Shown here in pieces: positions 1 to 12,730 of a DNA stretch of 64,000 nt; positions within the stretch are counted from its first letter, which is position 1; each line of letters begins with the position of its first letter. The translations under genes were made by a program, and so were the position numbers. The DNA is from Ginglymostoma cirratum. Its lineage: Eukaryota. Below the pieces are notes generated by a model, which had not been told where the DNA came from, did no database searches, and saw only the letters and a program-made list of their open reading frames with translations. The DNA lies in the NCBI GenBank assembly GCA_024137785.1, contig JAHRHZ010000098.1, positions 16,591,563 to 16,655,562 of the forward strand. Direction: 5' to 3'.

Positions 1-330
1 GGCGTAGCATGCATAGCAGTTTGAAAATGCTTGGATGCACTCACTGTGCTGCAATTAGTAGTGTTTGGGTGTTAGTGTGGTCACACTGTTTGTTGGAATG
101 TAGCCCAGGAGAAGACGTCCTCTAGTTCTTTCAGATATTGTTGGTTCTGTAATTTTTTTAATGGACCAATTATGTAGCACCAGGGGAGTAATTCTATCTT
201 GTAATGTTGGTGTTCCAGGAGTTTGAAGCAAATATGCCAAAGGGTTGCCTTAGATATAGCTGTTGCTCAGCTGATGTGGAGAGTAACTGCAACACCTAAG
301 TTTTCAGTTGCTGCTGACTCATTTGGAAGT
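1..330 (-). mobile_element. Possible highly decayed Penelope-like element ORF fragment (RT thumb/linker region)
   Basis: Minus-strand frames give YSPHQL..AISKA, LLQ...QDRITPLVL and YLKELEDVF. This resembles the order of PLE motifs GY...A / LL...DR.PLVL.Y / LK.IF, but with several frameshifts. Confidence 0.3.
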
Positions 331-1556
331 AGTTCTGGTCAACCAACTCACACCAATGGAATACAAATTTGCCAAATGCCACTCAAATGAGGAAGGACAC
401 ATCAACAGCACCGCCCTTGCTAAGACCTCTAGCAGCAAGAAGAATAAGCATAGCTATGTTAAGGAAGCACCATCACCTCAAGCTCCCTAACCACCAGTCT
501 TACTTGCAGCTGGCTCTGAACCTTCAAATTCCCATCCACAAACCTGACTCCTTCTGATACAGCAGCTTTATGCTGGAGATTAGAGACTGTGACCAGCCAG
601 CCTGATCAATGTTATTTTTATCAAGTTTAAAACTTGGGGCGGTGTGGAAAGAAGAATTCTCAAATGTGAGACCTTAGAAATTCATATATGCTTTAAGCCT
701 TCCTCCTCCAAATGTTATTTTATGTGAAGCTGTACTAATTTATGACAACCTGTTGGATGTTGGATTTGTTGCTGAGAATGCTTGCTCCCAATAATTAGGT
801 GAGTCAGTGCAATCAATACACAGCCCATTGCGGAAAAATTAGATATTCTCCTTTTTAGTCAGACTAGTTAGTGGTTCTTGCATTTAATCAATAGCCAACA
901 CTCCAGGGTTTTTCTTTTGTAATAAGTTGCCTATGTGGTGTAGTTAGTGGTTACTGATAATGACTAATCATTCAATTATAACTCAGATTTTGAACATCTA
1001 TTTCTTTGGCTTTATTTAAGGAGATGGGAAAAGGAAAGTAATAGAACTTTTGACAAAACGTTCAATAGCTTCTACTGCAGTGCAGTTCTAATGAGGTCAT
1101 TAATATGCCACATGTTACAACCGCCTGAAAAGCAACTGTAGGAATGCATGCTGATCTTACATACTTCCTGCATACACAAGGGAGTACATATTTACTGGGC
1201 CATATGGTGCACTTTTTTGTGGAAAACAGGCATCTAAAATTGCCACATACCTTAGGGTCTGACAGTTATGCAGAAAAGTTTTTAAAAATGTTTCCTATTA
1301 CCATGTTCACACATCTTGAGGCCTGGCAAATATGGTACATGCCAGTGCAGATTTCAGAATAAAAAAAAAAATTTTAAATATGAGAGTGTATACAAGGTAT
1401 AGGTATTTCAAGGCATCTGGTGTTCATGGGATGTTCATCATTTTTGCAATTGAGAGCATCAGCCTATGGATGTGCTATTATCATACTGTATGGTGTCCGG
1501 ACTAAATTGTCTATCCATGGTTGCTTTTTGCAATACAGCCACAATAGTGACAATAC

Positions 1557-1770
1557 TTGAATTGAATTAGCTTTATTGTCACAAGTACTCAAATGAGTAT
1601 TGTGAAAGTCTTCTGAGTCGCCACTTGCGGCGCCATCTTATGCACAGTGTACCTAGGTACAATCCTTGGTTACAGAATAGAGAAATGATGAAAAAAGTTA
1701 CATTACAGCTCTACACAATATAACCGTAAGCCAGAGAAACAAGAAGCAAAATTAAAAAGCCAAACATCAC
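1557..1770 (-). mobile_element. 3' end of a non-autonomous non-LTR element (GTGACAATAAA + (AATTC)n tail)
   Basis: The minus strand ends ...actttcacaatactcatttgagtacttgtgacaataaagctaattcaattcaa. The same tail occurs at 26609 (-) and about 34735-34785 (+). Confidence 0.6.
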
Positions 1771-1814
1771 AGTCTCTCTCCAAAGGATCTCTGCAGCAGA
1801 CTAGCATAAGGGGC

Positions 1815-2090
1815 CTCCAATGAAGGAGCTCTTTCTGGGGCAAGCATGCCACGTACAGAGATGCTGATCAAGCAAAGAAGGTTGTGCTTGTTTAGATTTG
1901 TGCATTGGAGGGAGATGGCTGCATTCACAAGGAAGTGTTCCACAGTGAGGTGGCCCATACCAAGGGACCAACAGAGTGTCCAAAGCTTTGATTCAAGGTA
2001 GCTGCTAAAAGAGACATGAAAGCCCCCAGTGGTGATCCTCACAAGTGGAATGCCAATGCAAAACAACTGTAGCCAGGATATATTATTTAA
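1815..2090 (+). mobile_element. RTE-clade LINE ORF2 C-terminal fragment (decayed)
   Basis: Translates as SNEGALSGASMPRTEMLIKQRRLCLFRFVH, then after a frameshift DGCIHKEVFHSEVAHTKGPTECPKL*FKVAAKRDMKA..DPHKW. This matches the RTE motif RLRWLGHVxRM.DGRIPK..LYGEL...R..GRPKLRYKD..KRD.K. Confidence 0.8.
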
Positions 2091-3168
2091 TCTGATTTCC
2101 GAAACTCGAAAGCAGGCAGCAGCCCTGCTAGCAAAGCAACAGCAGAGGTCATTGTGTAGTGCTGGCAAGGGACAATTTCAGGTGTGGCATTTGTGAAAGA
2201 CTTTGTCTTACTAAAATTTGTTTGTTTAGTCGTTGAAAGCAGTGCAGCAGATCATTCCACTGGACCTTTTGAAATTCCGAGACCACATTCCCATCATCTC
2301 CCACAGAGGGAAGGATGCCAGTGGTTTGAACATTTACAGGCTGGGTATGTTGTTGTCATAATAGTGATAAAATATGAACAATTATTTTTCAGCTTCCCTC
2401 ATCTGATTTTAAGACCTGAGAGATTCATGGGCTAAAATGGTTTCATAAAGGAAAAGCAATGGATTTCTAAATGGTCACAGTAATCACCTGACCACAGGTC
2501 GAGCCAAGCTTTGTGAAGTCATCAATAAATAAAAGTCAGTTTGAACTCAGATTAACTATTTTCATCAAAGGAGACTGAAACCAGTCAACTAGACCTGTTT
2601 CTCTGGTTTGTTTTATACAATTATGAATTGTTCCCTTTAGTAATTAAAAATGAATCACCCATCAACGCTGTAACTTGGGGGCAATGAACTCAGATACTAG
2701 AATGCACAAATGAGCTGTATTTCATGCAACTGCTTGAGCTGATCTGAGGAGGTAGATTTGTAACTGGAACTGGAGAAGGCTCTCTCTCCCCAAACAATAC
2801 CCCTACCCCTGTGCTGTCTCACAAGAGGAACAAAGACCAGTGATGAGGTAAATTGGAAAAACATCCAAACACTGATATTACAACGGTATCTGCCTTTTGT
2901 TGAACCAAGAAATCCCTAATTAATCATAATCTCAGGTTGAAACCTAAAACTTTAAAACTACCCTCAAGATTTTAAATTGCATATTCTTTTACCTCCCTTT
3001 TTGTACTGGACACTGTCTCCTTTTTAACCTGTGCTTTTTTTGTGTGTATTTGAAGTGATGTTTTAATTATTTTTCTCAGAGTTGGCATAAAAGAAAACTA
3101 CTCTTCCTTTTACGATCTTCTCACACAATGTAAACTGGTCATTTTCCCTTTACATAGGTATTCTTGCA

Positions 3169-3208
3169 AATTGTCCTGATGAGTTCAAGAGAAAATGCTT
3201 TGCCAATT
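3169..3208 (+). ncRNA. Degenerate minimal type I hammerhead-ribozyme motif (PLE-type)
   Basis: aattgtc-CTGATGA-gttcaaga-GAAA-atgcttt-gccaatt. The flanks pair 6/7 as stem I, and stem II is damaged. Confidence 0.45.
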
Positions 3209-4680
3209 GTGTATTTTATCAGCAATACTCCAAATTGCATGCTACCGGATGATTTCTAAAAGCACATTACAAACATGATCTTCTCAACCATTTATGTACC
3301 ATGTTATAAAAGTTGCATTGCCATACATAACCCTCTCTAATGTTAGTTATTCAGTGAAACACATTTATTATTTTTGTTTCATAGCATTTCTGTAAAGAGG
3401 TGAAGGAAGTTTTGACAAGCACAATGCAGAACATGCTTGATGTTTATCCTGGTCTGTTTTAATTCCAGTGACGCCCTCCCCCTCCACTGGTCACAGAACC
3501 AGCAGGAGATCTGCATTGCTTCTGATGAAATATGCTCCAGGCATTTATCTGAATGAGGTTTCAAAATCACCACAGTCATGTTCCACGGAGGAAGGGCAGA
3601 AGTCCTGTCCCCATCACTGCTGGCCAATCAGATGCCTGTAGCTCACCACTGTTCGCTGCACCACTGAGAACTGTGGCCACAGCTGGTACTGCAGTAAGGC
3701 CCTGTCCCAGGATTATTGCTGGATGCTAGGACACAGATGAATGATTGCAGAATTGGTGTTGTAGGGAGGTAGTTGCTGGTGAGTGAGAGAAGTTGAGGGG
3801 AGCGGTGTGATCAGAGACAAGGCCAGTGAGATGGTTTTCAATTGCTCCATTTCCTTTTCAATGTTGGGTCCCACAATCGGGCACAGAATACCTGAAACCA
3901 AGGGATCACCAAAGGATCACTGTAAGGTCAGTGGGAAATCTGAGTCCCTTTTAATCCATGAGTCACCGCTAAAGTCTGGCAGAGTCCAGAAGAATTGATT
4001 TTCAATAAGTCATTAATGAGCCCATTAATGACATCCCATGCCAGGGTGAGTGGGATTCCCACATCGGGCTCCTGCCACCCTAAACTCATTTGTGATTGTT
4101 TCCATGAGGCCAGGAATCATATTCAATTCTCCATGCCTTGCCATGTTATTGTCTCCAGCTGACTCTACTAAATCTAACCTCTTGGCTGCATTATGCTCAT
4201 CATCACCACAACCTCCTCCAGTACAGATGGCTAAGAAGTGCTGACTTTGCCAGGGAGGCTGACATTTCATGAATGAATTAAAACAGAAGTTACTTAAGTT
4301 TGTGGACTGTTGCTGAGGTTAGCCAACGCCCATAGTGATACGGTAAGACTGATTGAGATTGCTGGACAGTGCGATGAGGTCAGTGAATTTTAACAATGAG
4401 GTTTATGGACTATGAGGCTGGTGGATTGTCACTGAAGCTGTTGGAATTGATGGTGATGATGTCCATAGCAGCTCTCATTTCCCTCTTTTGTAGCCCAGGC
4501 TGTGTGGAGTCTGCCCCCTGAGACCAGACACTGTCTCTTTGACAGCACCATTTTTAACCGATCACCCTCAGGGCAAGTTGTTGTACTCTCATTCTTCCCA
4601 TTCTGCATTGAGCTGGAGATTAATGTGATACTTTGATATCAATCAATGACTTACAGCAGGATAGAAATGAGATGAAAAAT

Positions 4681-4839
4681 CCACAGTCCAGAGATGTGCA
4701 GGTTAGGTGGATTGGTCATGCTAAATTGCCCATAGTGTTCAGGGATGTGTAGATTAGGCAGGTTATGGGGATGGCTCTGAGGGTCGGCGTGGACTTGTTG
4801 GGCCAAAGGGTCTGTTTCCACATTGTAGGGATTCTATGA
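4681..4839 (+). mobile_element. HE1-type V-SINE, 5'-truncated
   Basis: ccacagtcc.agatgtgcaggttaggtggattgg.catgctaaattgccc ... tgtttccaca.tgtagggattctatga. Matches the 3' half of the full copy at 49325. Confidence 0.9.
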
Positions 4840-5274
4840 AATAGTACTCAGTAAGTACTCCGTAACTTCCAGAGACCAGGATTACAAATATTTTAATTTT
4901 TTGCATTGTGGAGGGAGGGAGCTACTGATACTTCATTGAAATCTTTGCACAACTCAGAGACAGTGATAGACACACACCCCAAAAGCAGTTAAAAGTCCCA
5001 TGTAATAGATAACTGATTCCAATGCCTGTTTAAGACAAAATGTTAAAATTCTAAGATAGCTCAGAGAAAATATGTCTGATTAAAGTTGAGCTGTTTGTTT
5101 CTCATCTTTTTCTGTCTGAAAACTGTTTTAGAATTGAGCCACTGAGATAATAACCGATACTGTTTACCTGCTGGCTCTCTAAACTGAGTAAGTCAGATAT
5201 TAAGGAGTTGCATTTTTGCATTCCATGGTACAATCAAAGAGTGAAAGGTCAAGCTGAAGTGAGTGTAATCCTAC

Positions 5275-5440
5275 CAGATTGTAGGCTGCCCTCTCATTAG
5301 ACAGAGATGACTGTCTGGTGGCTTAACCTGAGCTTGACCACACCTCAGGCCAGGGGAGAGGTTGAGAAGGAAACTTCAGCCGAAGCTGAAATTGAACCCA
5401 CTTTGTTGGTGTCACTGTAAATTTGCAAAGCAGCTGTATT
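5275..5440 (-). mobile_element. tRNA-derived SINE (family distinct from HE1), decayed
   Basis: The minus strand has a B-box-like gtgggttcaatttc followed by the body cttctcaacctctcccctggcctgaggtgtggt...ctaatgagagggcagcc. Confidence 0.55.
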
Positions 5441-5709
5441 CTTAATGGTTTGTTTAACTAATTCTTCTCTGTGTAGTAGTGTACAGATTATTTTCCTTTT
5501 CCCACAAATTGTTTAATTCATCAAACCTTCTGGGCGTCAAGTCTAGGTTTGCCCTTTCATTTTCCAGTGAGGCAAGACCCTTCCCTGGGCACTCGGATTA
5601 ATGTGATGTTGGATAATCAGGTGACTCATTAGGTTAAGCATTGTCCTTGCATTTGTAGCTGGAGGATTAGAGTCTAAAGCTGTTAGATAAATTGAAACCA
5701 CGCAGGTTC

Positions 5710-6052
5710 ACATACACTGACACACAGACTCACTCATCCACGCATGCATGCACTCCTGCACTCACTGTCTCTCACATGTGCATGCACACAGACTCTCTCT
5801 TGCACACACACTCACTCACAAACACACACCCACGCACACATGTGCACACACACAATTGTGCACACACAATGACGCATATGCACATACAATCGTGCACACA
5901 CACACAATCGTGCACACACACATGCAATCATACATGTGCAATTACACACACACACACATACACACTCTGTCTCTCTCCCACTCTCACTCTCACTCCCACA
6001 CACACACACACACACACACACAGTCTCTCTCTCTCACAAACAGACTCACGCA
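5710..6052. repeat. Compound imperfect (CA)n/(CT)n microsatellite
   Basis: Directly visible CA runs, including an uninterrupted run at about 5997-6022, with interspersed (CT)n. It explains the His/Thr-rich ORFs. Confidence 0.95.
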
Positions 6053-6793
6053 CCCTTATGTCGCACCACCACGTCTGTTGACCGTGCTGTCTCTTTTGTT
6101 CTGTCTCTTTGTTTTGTTCACTCTCTCTCCTTCATAAATCATATCTGTAAACTCAACTTTTATCAGTGTTTCAGAAAGCTGAGTTTTTCAGTTTTTTTTA
6201 ATTGCTAGCATCGAAAACCAGCGGAACATGAACAAGAAATTAAGAGCCAGAAACCCAAGTATATTGGGAGAAAACAAATAAACCCAGTTCTTAATTTTAT
6301 TGTTCTGAGACCTCAAAGAGAGCAATCGGGGGACTAACAATGCATAGTTAAATTAAATGACACCCTGTAATTACTCCAACTGTTCATAGGCACTGTTTTT
6401 ATGGGCCTCAGTGGCAGCTTCAGAGATGTTGGCAAGCCAAGGCTCACAGCAGTTATGTTAATTAATGTTCACATGGTTTACTTGGCTGGAATCTGTAGTC
6501 AAATCTGGAAAACATTCTGATCATCAGTTGGGAAATTGAAGATTTAGGAAGCTGCATTTTTCAAATTTGGAATGTCTGTGTGGCACATTTCCAAAAGCCC
6601 TCTGGATACCATGCCTTCAGTTTCTTGAGCAGACAATTGTGGAACTGATTTGTGAGTTTCGCTTTGTCTTCACAATAAGTCACACAATTGGGAGAAAATA
6701 TTTTTTGGATTTTTTTAAAACCAAGTCAAACAAGGGTTGAACATGGGGCAGCATCACTTTCTAGAGGAATTCCTCACTGTTGGAATTTTTAAA

Positions 6794-7086
6794 ATAGAAT
6801 CCATACAGTATGGAAGCAGGCCATTTGGCACATTTAGTCCACACTGGCCCTCCAAAGAAAATCTGATTGAGACTCCCCACCCCCAGCATTGTATCCCTGC
6901 ACTTCCCATGGCTAATCCACCTATCTTGCACGGCCAATCTCCAAATTGCATGTCTTTGGACTACAGGAAGAAACCCATAGGGAGAATTTGCAAACTCCAC
7001 ACAGACAGTCACCCAAGGGTGGAACTGAACCTGGGTCCCTGGTGCTGTGTGGAAGCAGTGCTAACCACTGAGCCATTGTGCTGCCC
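6794..7086 (-). mobile_element. HE1-type V-SINE, near full length
   Basis: The reverse complement begins gggcagcacaatggctcagtggttagcactgct (A box), contains gggttcagttcc (B box) and tgtgtggagtttgca (V domain), and ends in a CR1-like tail. Confidence 0.9.
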
Positions 7087-8024
7087 TTACATATATGCAT
7101 GTACACACATTTGAGGAAGGACACAATATTTCCCACTGTGCTATACTCCGTTTTGTGGTTCTGAAAGAAGCAAAAACAAGATTTTCCCTAGTGAATCCCA
7201 CCCAGTGCAAGTCCTAATGAAGCAAAGTACTTCAAAAATGATTAATTTAGAAAATTGTCTTCAATTCTGGTGTGTAGATTTGGTTGGTTGCAATATCAGT
7301 TTCTGCCCCGAGTATTCAATGTAAATCAGTTTTCTACCATCACCAAAGTGAGACGAGATCATCCCCAGAAGTGGGGGAGGGAAAGTTTTAAGGCAAACCA
7401 TATCCCCCTGGTTCAAGGGTGCAAGCCATGAACAAGCTGTGGGGACACTTAAACAATAAACATTTTAACTAATTAGCATCAGTACACCATAATGTGCAGA
7501 AAAATTATATCACTGGGGAGTAGAACAGTTTGCATTTGCTGAAATCATAAAGGTACAATGATTTCCTGCTTTAAAAAAATTAAGGCCATCTTGTTTTCTG
7601 AAACTTGTTCCAAAACTTAAACATAAAAGATGAATGATTGCTTTTTATATGATGCAGCTGGCACACAGCTTTGATGTAACAAGCGAGCTAATTATTAACT
7701 TCAGAATTAACGAAATAATGCAGTTATCCAGTGCCAAGCAGTATCCAAGTCTGTACTTCTCGAAAGCTGACAGCAACTTGTTTGTGGCATAGCAAGCTCC
7801 CACAAAGAGCAATATCCTAACGTCCACCAAATGTGTTTTTCAGTAATGCAGAATAAGAGACAAACATTGCGCTATGGATGACTCTCCTGCTGTTTTTTCG
7901 TGCTATGGAATCGTTTGTTGCCTACCTTAGAGAGCTGACCGGACTGTGGTGTAATGACAGATGGGATCTGCATTGCCGTTTTCTGCACACATTCAGGATG
8001 ATTTAAATTATGGAATAATCTTTT

Positions 8025-8735
8025 CAAGATGGCGGAGGCTGCAGGGTAGGAGGTGTCCAGGCTCCTGGCCTGTCTGCTCCCTCTCACGTGACTGACCGCA
8101 TCCTTTCTTCTAATTTTATTTTCTTCACTTAACTTTTGGATCAAATTCATCTTTTCTTCTTTCTGCGGTTGAAGTAGTGGGGAGAGGTTGTGGGAAGTTG
8201 GTGCGGGGCGGATCCGGCCCACACCATATGGCTGTGGTAGTCATGCCTTGAGTAACAGATCCAAGGTCAACGAACAGCATGATGGGGGGTGGTCTGTTCT
8301 TTTCCTTTGCTTTGGCGGCGTCTGCATCAACAGCCACATGAATGATATCCCGGTCCTCGGGGGATAGTTTAGGACGGTCACTTGGTTCTCAGTTGAGATG
8401 GGCCCCAATCCTTGAGAGTTGGGACCATCTCCTGGCTGTGGCTGCGGCTGGAGTATGGCCAGTGATGAGGTGGTTTTGGCAGAGATAGCATGGGGAACTG
8501 CTTCAGCGTGCTTCCTCCCTGGTGTTGTGTCCTTTGGGATAGCTTTGGCGGCTGTGGAGTGTGGTGGTGTCCCGTATCCACTTAGGAAATCAAGAAGCCT
8601 GTGTATTGTACAAAAGATTAAATTTGCCCTAATTTTGTTTGGTTTATTTGATTTTTATAATAAATGTAATTAAAACGACACCAGCATCTGGCATCTTATA
8701 AACAATTTACTGTCGTTTCATAATAATGATAATTT
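8025..8735 (+). mobile_element. GC-richer non-coding element starting with CAAGATGGCGG (probable non-autonomous LINE derivative)
   Basis: YY1-type start, pyrimidine tract, GC-rich body and AT-rich end, the same architecture as 34352-34785. The 3' boundary is uncertain. Confidence 0.4.
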
Positions 8736-10235
8736 ATTGTTACAGGTATTTGTGTTCGGGTCTCTGGTTTGGAACTTGAACCTCTAACTATGAGTAGCTT
8801 AAGTTTTATGCTTGCTTAGCATCCACTATTTGCACTACTTTCTGCTCAGTTTGCGCTTTTTCGTGGTATGTGTTTGCCAATGTGATTTGCAGTGTATATT
8901 GTTATAAGTTGATATGAGGTGCCTGTAAAAAAAGACATAAACATTTAGGTGAAGGATCAAGGAAATGTCTGGTTCATTATGTATGCAGAGTGCAGGTCTC
9001 TGTGTTAGGAGGATGCTGAATTGCTAGAATATTAGCACTCTTCAAATAATTAACAGCAATAAACTGGAGCTGACTTTCCTACAGTTCAGATTTCTATCTA
9101 TAAATAAAACCTTGCATGGACTGAGGCTGTGTGTTCTTTTATCAAGCACCCTTGTGGATGTCACCGTTTAATCCCTGGAAAGTAAGTTGGTAGTTGATGG
9201 TGGAAATTAAGATTTGGCAGGCTGCCAGGCTCGACACTGTGAGCTACATCCCAGATTGCTAATCATTGACGTGCAGAAAACACAAATGGGATTTCGGGAT
9301 AAACTGGAAATCAGACAAAAATACTCTTACAGGATTTTTTAGACACAGGCTTTGTTTGGAGAAGTGGGAGGTCAGAGCTAAGAAGACAAATCTACAGTGT
9401 AAGGCAGTTCAGAATTAATTAGTTTAGTGAAGTGGCAAGACCTTGGGACTTCAACAAGGCTACAGCGATTTGAATACAAAGTGCATAAAACTCGAGATGT
9501 ACAGCTACCTGGTGAATAAAAATTGTAAATTAATAAAAGGGTTTACAGTAAGCCAAGGTAGTGTGTCCAACCAACATGATTTATTGTCAAATCCTGGTGG
9601 CTGTTCTTTGTATTGCAGACATTTGGATAATTTTTTTTAACGCTGAAACTGCTGAACCAGAGCTTTGCACTTGCCAAAAAAATGCACGTAAACCGTGTCT
9701 GATTTTTCCAGTCTAAGGCCAATTAAATATACACAGCAAGCTCCCAAGCCAGACTGAGCCTGTAGGAAAGGGCATGCTGTTAACAATGGATTCAAGAAGT
9801 GATGTGTTGTTGCAGTGCATGACGGGTGTGATTTTCAATTGCCACCAGAGATGTTTACTTAAAAATAGCGGGCAATCAACCAAACATTTCCTTTTCCTGT
9901 ATTTGCGGAGATGTTTAAGCATCCCTAGTGGGAATTTTGCCTTTTTGTCAATAATACAAGGATACCTTTGCTTCCCCTTGGTGAAGTAGGAAATCCACAA
10001 ATGATCATGAATATCAGAATCTCAGGCAACAAGTTAGATTAGTGTTTTAGATATATATATCCTGCAAAATCCACTTCGAGTAGTTACTGTTACAAAAAGA
10101 CAGCATGTCTCCCTTTAACCAGTAAGTGTCCATTTGCCATGTGAGCTAAATGAATAGGGATTCCCCTTTTAAGAAACGCCTGGATTGTTCTTTCTCATGT
10201 TACGTTGCTATCCATTGATGTTAAACAAAACTGTT

Positions 10236-10350
10236 GCACAGAGACTGGGAGAATGAGCAAACTCCATAGGGACAGGCATCCAAGGCTGGAATCAAACCCG
10301 TGTCCCTGGCACTGTCAGGTAGCAGTGGTCACCACTGTGCCACCATGCCA
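10236..10350 (-). mobile_element. HE1-type V-SINE 5' fragment
   Basis: Reverse complement reads ggcatggtggcacagtggtgaccactgctacctgacagtgccagggacacgggtttgattcc...ggagtttgctcattctccc. Confidence 0.85.
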
Positions 10351-12255
10351 ACTAGTGGGATTGCTTTGTTAGTGGTCAGTCAGTGACAATCTTTGAGGAG
10401 GATGTATTCCCAGCAGATATCAATGCTGTTTAAGACAGTTAGAACCTGGAAGGATTAACTGACATGACAAGCTAAGCTCCACTCATCAGGACATAAATCA
10501 CTGTTCTGGAGAAGCTAACTAGAGCTGTGATGCCAGCATGAGAGAGAGTGTCCTTAGAGCTGGCAAAGTGTCCGGTGTGTGCCAACATTATATAACTAAA
10601 CAGCTAATGTGTACTTATTGTTACATTGAGCCTGATGCTTCATAAGAGACTTTCATGAATTCTAGGTATATTGTAACTAACTGGTAAGTATTGTATAATA
10701 AACCTGTAGAGTTTAACAAGATTGAACCTATCTTCTTCCATAGACATTGTGAAGGCATCCTTGCCCACATGGTCATCAATAGTGTGACTAAAACCAATTA
10801 AAAAGGATTGGTGGCAGACAATCTATCCATACAAGGTTGGCAGTGATGGCAACCAATTTAAGAACCAGGAGCCAACAATGCCCAAACCTCATAAATGGGA
10901 AAAGAGCGAAATCCTGAGGAGGTAAATATTTTCGCAAAGATAAGTGATAAATGTCCTTGTTTATCTGCCAGTCTGCATGATAATGTTGTGCAGTTTACAA
11001 AAGTATTGGTAATTCTGTCTACTTTCACATAATTTTGCCTTTTAAAATACCATCTAATGTGATGTGCTGCAGATCAAGTGGCCCCAGGAATAAATTTCTC
11101 AGAGCCTCTCCAGTGTGGAATTCATCCATTACGTTACGAGATTTTCTTTCGCTGTTGAAAAATGCCTGAGACTCCTAGGAGCATTTATGGATGTAAAAAA
11201 AAATCTGCACTTGTGTCAACATGGGATAAGTAATGATAATGCCTGATTGGCACCCTGTTCAAGTAAAAATTTTAGTCATTAAGAATTCCCCACCAAATCC
11301 TTCTGTTTGTGTCTGGCAGTCTATTAGATTCAGTCATTTTGTTTGAATGACTGCTTACAACTTATCATGTTATTGGGGAAGTGGCTTGATTACTGAGCCT
11401 AACCATTTGAGGGAGCTGAATTAACATGTGTAGCTGAATTTGAGGCAGTCTAGGTCAATGAATGTATTGCCATTGAAGTGAACTGTATTTGTGCACTGAA
11501 TACTCCCAGCTATTTTCTCTGCAAGTTTTTGTGTTCAAACAAAATTACTTCAGATAATGAAAAATACAGATGTGGTGTAACTAACTAATTCTTTCAATTG
11601 TCACATTTACAAACAATAATATTAGGTGCACAGGGTAGTTTTTCTCCAATATAACCTTTTGCTGTAATACTGAAAATAGAAACTGGTGCACTGTCTGACA
11701 GATGCTGATTTTGCTAGAATGTGGCATCTTGCAGCAGTCTCTGTTCTGGTTTATTTCCTTAACCACCATTGTTTTGTGCTGCAAATTGCCAGAAGGTTGA
11801 GCTGAGAGTGGAGTGAGGGCAACAGATGCTTGGTGAAGAATATGACCAACGTTCTATCTCCTTCATCAGAGAGATTTTGTAGATTGGGAAAGAAACAAGA
11901 AGAAGGGTGAAGGAAATTAAATAAATTTCGCGTCCAATCTGCTAAAGGAAGAGAAATAAAGAGAGGGATTGAAAGATTAGGTAAAGAGAATTGGAAAAAT
12001 GAGAAAATTATTTTAAGATTTTGAAATTAAAGTACTTCTAATAACACACTTCTGTAAGAATGAGAATTCTCTTTCTGAGCGAGCCAGGTTTAGTAGCATT
12101 GCAGCAATATAAATCTCCTTGTTAAAAATCGTATTTCTGCTGTGAAAGTTCAAGTTCAATGAGTGGAGGAAAACCTAGCTTTCAGTGACATGTTGAATTG
12201 GTAATTAAGGCATATCTGCAACAATCTCTTGAAGCTCTGAAACAGGTTGTGGGTT

Positions 12256-12369
12256 GCCTATGGCCATGCTTGACTGAAAACACCTGATCTTGCCTGGTTT
12301 TTGGCTGCTGAGCAGACCTCGGATGGGTTAGGATGAGACCACCTGGGAGTATCAGATGCAGCTGACTTT
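12256..12369 (+). pseudogene. 5S rRNA pseudogene or 5S-derived SINE head
   Basis: gcctatggccat...ctgaa..c.cctgatct.g.ctg...gctgagcag...ggttag...gagaccacctgggagtatcagatgc...ttt is collinear with vertebrate 5S rRNA from start to terminal T-run. It has many CpG-type transitions and a short deletion in the C-box region. Confidence 0.8.
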
Positions 12370-12371
12370 CA

Positions 12372-12490
12372 GGCCCCCCTGGGGCACAGTGGTAGAATGC
12401 CCATCCTGGACTAGGAAGGCTGGGTTCAAGTCCCACCTGCTCTAAAGGAGTGTAATAATGTCTGTTAACAGGTTGATTAGGGAAAAATAG
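12372..12490 (+). mobile_element. Short (about 115 bp) tRNA-derived SINE
   Basis: A box ggggcacagtggt, B box gggttcaagtccc, then acctgctctaaaggagtgtaataa...aacaggttgatta. Sister copies at 12615 and 56790. Confidence 0.7.
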
Positions 12491-12614
12491 GTTAAATTTA
12501 AGAAAACAAATTGAGGGTAATTTGTCAATTTTTTTCGTGAAACTTGGCAGAATGCTGCAAATTGTCTGAGGGCATCTGGCAGTTACACCAAGGAGGATTT
12601 GGTCCTCAGCCTAA

Positions 12615-12730
12615 GGGGCTCTGGTGGTGCAGTGGTAATGTCCCTACCTCTGAGTCAGGATTTCCAGGTTGAAGTCCTACCTGCTCCAAAGGAGTGAAAA
12701 ACCATCTTTGAACAGGCTGATTAATAAATA
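12615..12730 (+). mobile_element. Short tRNA-derived SINE (same family as 12372)
   Basis: tggtgcagtggtaatgtccctacctctgag...aggttgaagtcctacctgctccaaaggagtg...aacaggctgatta. Confidence 0.7.

Noticed and set aside
308-490. ORF with gypsy-like words (MEYKF, VKEAPSP)
   Set aside because: The motifs are in the wrong order for a gypsy pol and too short, and the opposite strand fits a PLE relic slightly better.
600-1550. Possible ancient retroelement coding remnant
   Set aside because: No motif could be read with confidence in any frame.
5692-6208. His/Thr-rich and Cys/Val-rich ORFs of 69-129 aa
   Set aside because: Translations of the (CA)n microsatellite.
12372-12730. tRNA-like sequences as functional tRNA genes
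   Set aside because: A and B boxes are present but there is no complete cloverleaf, and the shared 3' extension across three diverged copies indicates a SINE.
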